The notes below the pieces were generated by a model that did not search any database, was not told the origin of the DNA, and saw only the letters and a list, made by a program, of their open reading frames with translations. The translations under genes and the position numbers were made by a program. From positions 1 to 38,553 of the IMG/VR virus record IMGVR_UViG_3300031949_000100: a stretch of 38,553 nt of DNA; one strand, 5' to 3'. Each line of letters opens with the position of its first letter. Within the stretch, counting starts at the first letter, position 1. This stretch comes from a virus. Taxonomy: Duplodnaviria > Caudoviricetes. Of the stretch, positions 35,295 through 38,553 are shown piece by piece.

Positions 35295-36154
35295 AAAAAA
35301 CAAGATGGAAATTTTTAAGGGAAGGATTAATGTCCAACTTTGGGGATAAAAAGTGGGAGTTAGACAAATGGGAACGCGAAGACAAAATTAATATGTGCAA
35401 TTCAGGTTTTCACTGTTCCAAGGAAATAAATCAGGCTTTTATTTTTGTTCAAGGTGAAATTTTGGCGGAGGTAGAAGTCAAGGGCAAGTGCGATAAACAA
35501 GACAATAAAGAAGTTTATACTGATATGCGTATTTTAAAGGCATATAAATGGCAGAAAAAAGATAGCGTGGCTCTTTCTATTTATGCAGCCGAATTATGCT
35601 TAAAGAATTTTGAGAAAGTTTTTCCCGATGATAAGCGCCCGAGAGAAGCAATTGAAGCCGCTAAAAAATGGTTAGCTGAGCCGACGAGTGCTAACGAGTC
35701 GGCGAGGTCGGCGTGGTCGACGGCGGAGTGGTCGGCGTGGGCGGCGTGGTCGGCGGCGGAGTCGGTGGCGAGGTCGGCGGCGAGGTCGACGGCGGAGTCG
35801 GCGGCGAGGTCGACGGCGGAGTCGGCGGCGGAGTCGGCGAGGTCGGCGGTGAGGTCGGCGGCGTGGTCGGCGTGGTCGACGGCGGAGTGGTCGGCGTGGT
35901 CGGCGAGGTCGGCGGCGGAGTCGGCGAGGTCGGCGGCGAGGTCGGCGGCGTGGTCGGCGTGGTCGACGGCGGAGTGGTCGGCGTGGGCGGCGGCGGCGTG
36001 GTCGGCGTGGTCGGCGAGGTCGGCGGCGGAGTCGGCGAGGTCGGCGGCGGAGTCGGCGAGGTCGGCGGCGGAGTCGGCGTGGTCGGCTTTAACTGGAAAA
36101 ATAGAAGTATGGTTTTTAAAAAGATTAAAAGAACTTGAAAAATATGAAAAATAA
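35291..36154 (+). CDS. Phage protein with CNSGFHC domain, Imm5-like segment and Ser/Ala low-complexity repeats
   Basis: MCNSGFHCS, DDKRPREAIEAAKKW and SAAESARSAAW repeats. Confidence 0.8.
   Translation: MKKTRWKFLREGLMSNFGDKKWELDKWEREDKINMCNSGFHCSKEINQAFIFVQGEILAEVEVKGKCDKQDNKEVYTDMRILKAYKWQKKDSVALSIYAAELCLKNFEKVFPDDKRPREAIEAAKKWLAEPTSANESARSAWSTAEWSAWAAWSAAESVARSAARSTAESAARSTAESAAESARSAVRSAAWSAWSTAEWSAWSARSAAESARSAARSAAWSAWSTAEWSAWAAAAWSAWSARSAAESARSAAESARSAAESAWSALTGKIEVWFLKRLKELEKYEK
35696..36087 (+). repeat. GC-rich minisatellite of 9- and 12-nt units
   Basis: Repeated GTCGGCG core with GAG, AGG or TGG codons. Confidence 0.95.
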
Positions 36155-36300
36155 ACCAATAGCTGTCATCGGAACATTTACTAAGGATTATAACAAGGCG
36201 ATTAACCTCGCCGAACAGAAAAGCACGGGTGGTAGCTACATAACCGCACTAACCTAATTTAAGACGCTCTCAGGGGCGAATAATCAATTAAATTAAAATT

Positions 36301-36744
36301 ATGAAAAAGATAAAGTTTCGCGCATGGGACAAAGAGCCAAAAATAATGCGTTTTTTGGGGCAAGACCCCAACCACGACACACTATGGTTCAGACCGAACG
36401 GAGAAGGGGTTTATTACAATCTGCAAAACGGAAGCGGAGGGGACGAGTATGAGCTTATGCAATACACCGGTATAGATGATTTAAAAGGCAAAGAAATATA
36501 CGAAATGGACATCGTGCAAAAAGGCGAGGAAATCGGACTGGTTGTTTATAGCGACGGGCAATATGATATTATCTGGACACCGCACAATAAAAAAAGAAAA
36601 GCTGGGGCAGAAAGACTAGTGCAAAGAAATTCACTAAACAACACTTTCCCCTCACCTGCAAATTATGTTTTAGGAAACTACTTTGAAAATCCAGAATTGA
36701 TACCTGAAATTAACTACGAACTAATAAAAACATACGCCCTCTAA
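36301..36744 (+). CDS. YopX family protein
   Basis: IKFRAWDK, LMQYTG..D..GKEIYE.DIV and VLGNYFENPEL. Confidence 0.92.
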   Translation: MKKIKFRAWDKEPKIMRFLGQDPNHDTLWFRPNGEGVYYNLQNGSGGDEYELMQYTGIDDLKGKEIYEMDIVQKGEEIGLVVYSDGQYDIIWTPHNKKRKAGAERLVQRNSLNNTFPSPANYVLGNYFENPELIPEINYELIKTYAL

Positions 36745-36771
36745 TCGCCTTATAATCTAATATAAATAAAT

Positions 36772-37011
36772 ATGGAAATTAAACAAGTAATAATTAAAGG
36801 CACAACCGTTTTTATTTTTACTGAAGAACCGGAAAAGGATATTCTTGTTCTTAAAGACGAATACGAAAAAAGAGATGATGTTGAGCCGAGTTTTCCACTT
36901 GGATATGATGTGCCAGAATTAACAGACTTTACTTTCTTAGGAAATAAATATAAGTGTATTTCTTTGTGGTTCGATAACGAAGATGTCCCTGATTTTTTTA
37001 CTAATCTATGA
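36772..37011 (+). CDS. Hypothetical acidic protein
   Basis: ORF in the operon with ATGA overlap. Confidence 0.65.
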   Translation: MEIKQVIIKGTTVFIFTEEPEKDILVLKDEYEKRDDVEPSFPLGYDVPELTDFTFLGNKYKCISLWFDNEDVPDFFTNL

Positions 37012-37421
37012 AAACAAAACCAAAAAAGAAAAATAAAAAACAACTTTGGAAAACAGCGTGGGAAGTATTTAGCGGGTATATAAAAAAAATAGCGACTGAT
37101 TGGAGAGGATATTGCCGATGTTATACTTGCGGTAAAATAATGAATACTGAAAATTCAGGGGAAATACACGCCGGACACTTTAGGCACGGAAAACACAAGG
37201 AAAATTATTTTAATCCAAAAAATGTTAAAATCCAATGCCGTCAATGCAATTATTTCGGAGGCGATAGAATTGTGAAACAATACACAATCAATCTCATCAG
37301 GGAAATAGGAATGGAAGAAGTGGAAAAACTGCAAAACTCCAAAGATAAATACTGGAGCAATAAAGATCTGGAATATGTGATTAAAAAATATCAGATACTT
37401 TTAAAAGATGAATTAAAATGA
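37008..37421 (+). CDS. ninG: NinG/Rap-like endonuclease
   Basis: CYTCG..HAGHF..FNPKNVKIQCRQCN. Confidence 0.85.
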   Translation: MKTKPKKKNKKQLWKTAWEVFSGYIKKIATDWRGYCRCYTCGKIMNTENSGEIHAGHFRHGKHKENYFNPKNVKIQCRQCNYFGGDRIVKQYTINLIREIGMEEVEKLQNSKDKYWSNKDLEYVIKKYQILLKDELK

Positions 37422-37540
37422 CAAAATTTGAAAAAGATTTAAATTGTTTGAAAAAACAAATTGAAGAAATAAAAATCCTTATATGGGAATTGACTGGAAT
37501 TTGGCTTAAATAAAGCAAATAATCTGTATAACTTTTTCGT

Positions 37541-37569
37541 TTGACAAAAAATCAGAAGTGTGCTAGGAT
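37541..37569 (+). promoter_or_regulatory. Sigma70 promoter, possibly driving the packaging/chaperonin operon
   Basis: TTGACA-17nt-TAGGAT. Shares TGCTAGG with the 4587 promoter. Confidence 0.75.
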
Positions 37570-37710
37570 TAATCGATAGAACTTTTATTATCGGATAATA
37601 AAAAATGAAAGATTATTATTTACATTTCGGAAAGCGGAAGTATCAGCGCAGCTGAAGCTGTTAAGAAACAGGAAAGCTGGCGGGGTTATACCCCTATCTC
37701 ACCAGCTTTG

Positions 37711-37740
37711 GAAAAAGAAAAAGCCCCTAATGGGACTTCT
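37711..37740 (-). terminator. Terminator for the minus-strand inserted gene
   Basis: Minus strand AAGTCCC-ATTAG-GGGCTTT followed by TTCTTTTT. Confidence 0.6.
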
Positions 37741-38002
37741 TCTCTCGACCATGAGTTTTCCGCTTTTCTTGAAGTTCCTTGAAAAATTGACTGCGTTGAT
37801 TAGGGGTGCGTCCGTCGGTGAGCCATCGCATCATTGCCATTCTCTGTCCCGCCGTCAGTCCGTATAATCGGTCAATCTCATCTAGCACTGTCTCGCAGAC
37901 ATCTCGGTAATCGGCGAAGTCTCCTAGTATTTCGGGCAGGAATCTGCCTTGATAGGTAGCCAGAATAGATTGGGAATCCCAAGATATAATTTGAATTTTC
38001 AT
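37727..38002 (-). CDS. Hypothetical protein within a foreign-looking insert
   Basis: Opposite strand to neighbours, higher GC, ATGA overlap with an upstream fragment, own terminator. Confidence 0.65.
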   Translation of the reverse strand: MKIQIISWDSQSILATYQGRFLPEILGDFADYRDVCETVLDEIDRLYGLTAGQRMAMMRWLTDGRTPNQRSQFFKELQEKRKTHGREKKSH

Positions 38003-38145
38003 ATAAGTTTTTCAGCCACGGAAATCAGTGCGGCAATATGGAGATCAGATGCCCGATCCCATTCTATATCGGTGTCCACTGCATCCATTGGGTCATTCAC
38101 AATGTTGCCCTCGGCATCATGCAGGTCCGTTGCAAGCCACTCGTC
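37999..38145 (-). pseudogene. 3' fragment of an acidic protein gene
   Basis: DEWLATDLHD...VAEKLI frame begins directly after a TAA with no start at its 5' end. Confidence 0.5.
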
Positions 38146-38228
38146 TTATTTTATTGGCTTATTTAAGCCACAAAACAACATAACTAAAAAAGTTATCCAC
38201 AGATTAATTTTTTAAGTGAAAATAAATT

Positions 38229-38411
38229 ATGAAAATCGAAGAGATTAGAAACAAAATGTCGGAAGAAAAAAAACAACAAACCGAACAAGAAATAAGAGTA
38301 GCCAAATTCCAAGAATGCTACACAAAACTCGTTGAAGAGTTCCAACTTGATTTTACCGCAACTATTCAGCCAGTGATGAAAATTGTGGATTTAAAAATTA
38401 AAAGCAAATAA
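38229..38411 (+). CDS. Hypothetical protein
   Basis: Clean ORF preceding the junction-spanning gene. Confidence 0.7.
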   Translation: MKIEEIRNKMSEEKKQQTEQEIRVAKFQECYTKLVEEFQLDFTATIQPVMKIVDLKIKSK

Positions 38412-38419
38412 AATGACAT

Positions 38420-38545
38420 TTTTTTTTGGTGTTATTACCGGTATTGTAATGTGCATTTTTATTATTATTGCGAAAAGGCAGACAGGCAATCCTCAGTTAA
38501 TGTCTGAACTTGAGGTCGGCGGCGGAGTCGGCGAGGTCGGCGGCG
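38420..38545. repeat. Terminal direct repeat, right copy
   Basis: Identical to 1-126. Confidence 0.95.
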
Positions 38546-38553
38546 AGGTCGGC

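Noticed and set aside
35581-36159. Overlapping 192-aa minus-strand and 141-aa Gly/Val ORFs
   Set aside because: They are by-products of a stop-free minisatellite.
1-38553. Alternative genetic code (TAG or TGA recoding)
   Set aside because: Long genes are intact in code 11, and TAG and TGA end well-defined genes, often in ATGA overlaps. Only one internal TAG was found.

Overview
An apparently complete, circularly closing dsDNA phage genome of about 38.4 kb (positions 1-126 recur at 38420-38545), AT-rich, standard genetic code. It has a podovirus-like virion module (GpA-type terminase, P22-like portal, scaffold, major capsid, adaptor/nozzle, ejection proteins, fibres), a lysis module, a leftward recombination cluster (NinB-like, SSB-like, PD-(D/E)xK nuclease, HNH) and a rightward lambdoid replication cluster (O-like initiator with iterons, DnaB-like helicase, YopX, NinG). 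I recognised no integrase, repressor, reverse transcriptase or CRISPR array. The host is inferred to be a Patescibacteria (CPR) bacterium. Most notable: (1) a circularly permuted M23 peptidase in the lysis module; (2) two foreign DNA fragments with truncated genes (one is a paaX-like 3' part plus a tspO 5' part), each just downstream of a strong promoter, whose reconstructed empty sites both read TACATTA; (3) a ~250-nt multi-branched RNA with GNRA loops; (4) a pseudoknot-plus-hairpin leader present twice with compensatory changes; (5) a GroES and GroEL pair flanking the terminase genes; (6) a TTT-TAA frameshift splitting the large LPD38-like gene. All protein calls come from motif recognition by eye, with no database searches, and assembly artefact remains possible for items 2 and 6.
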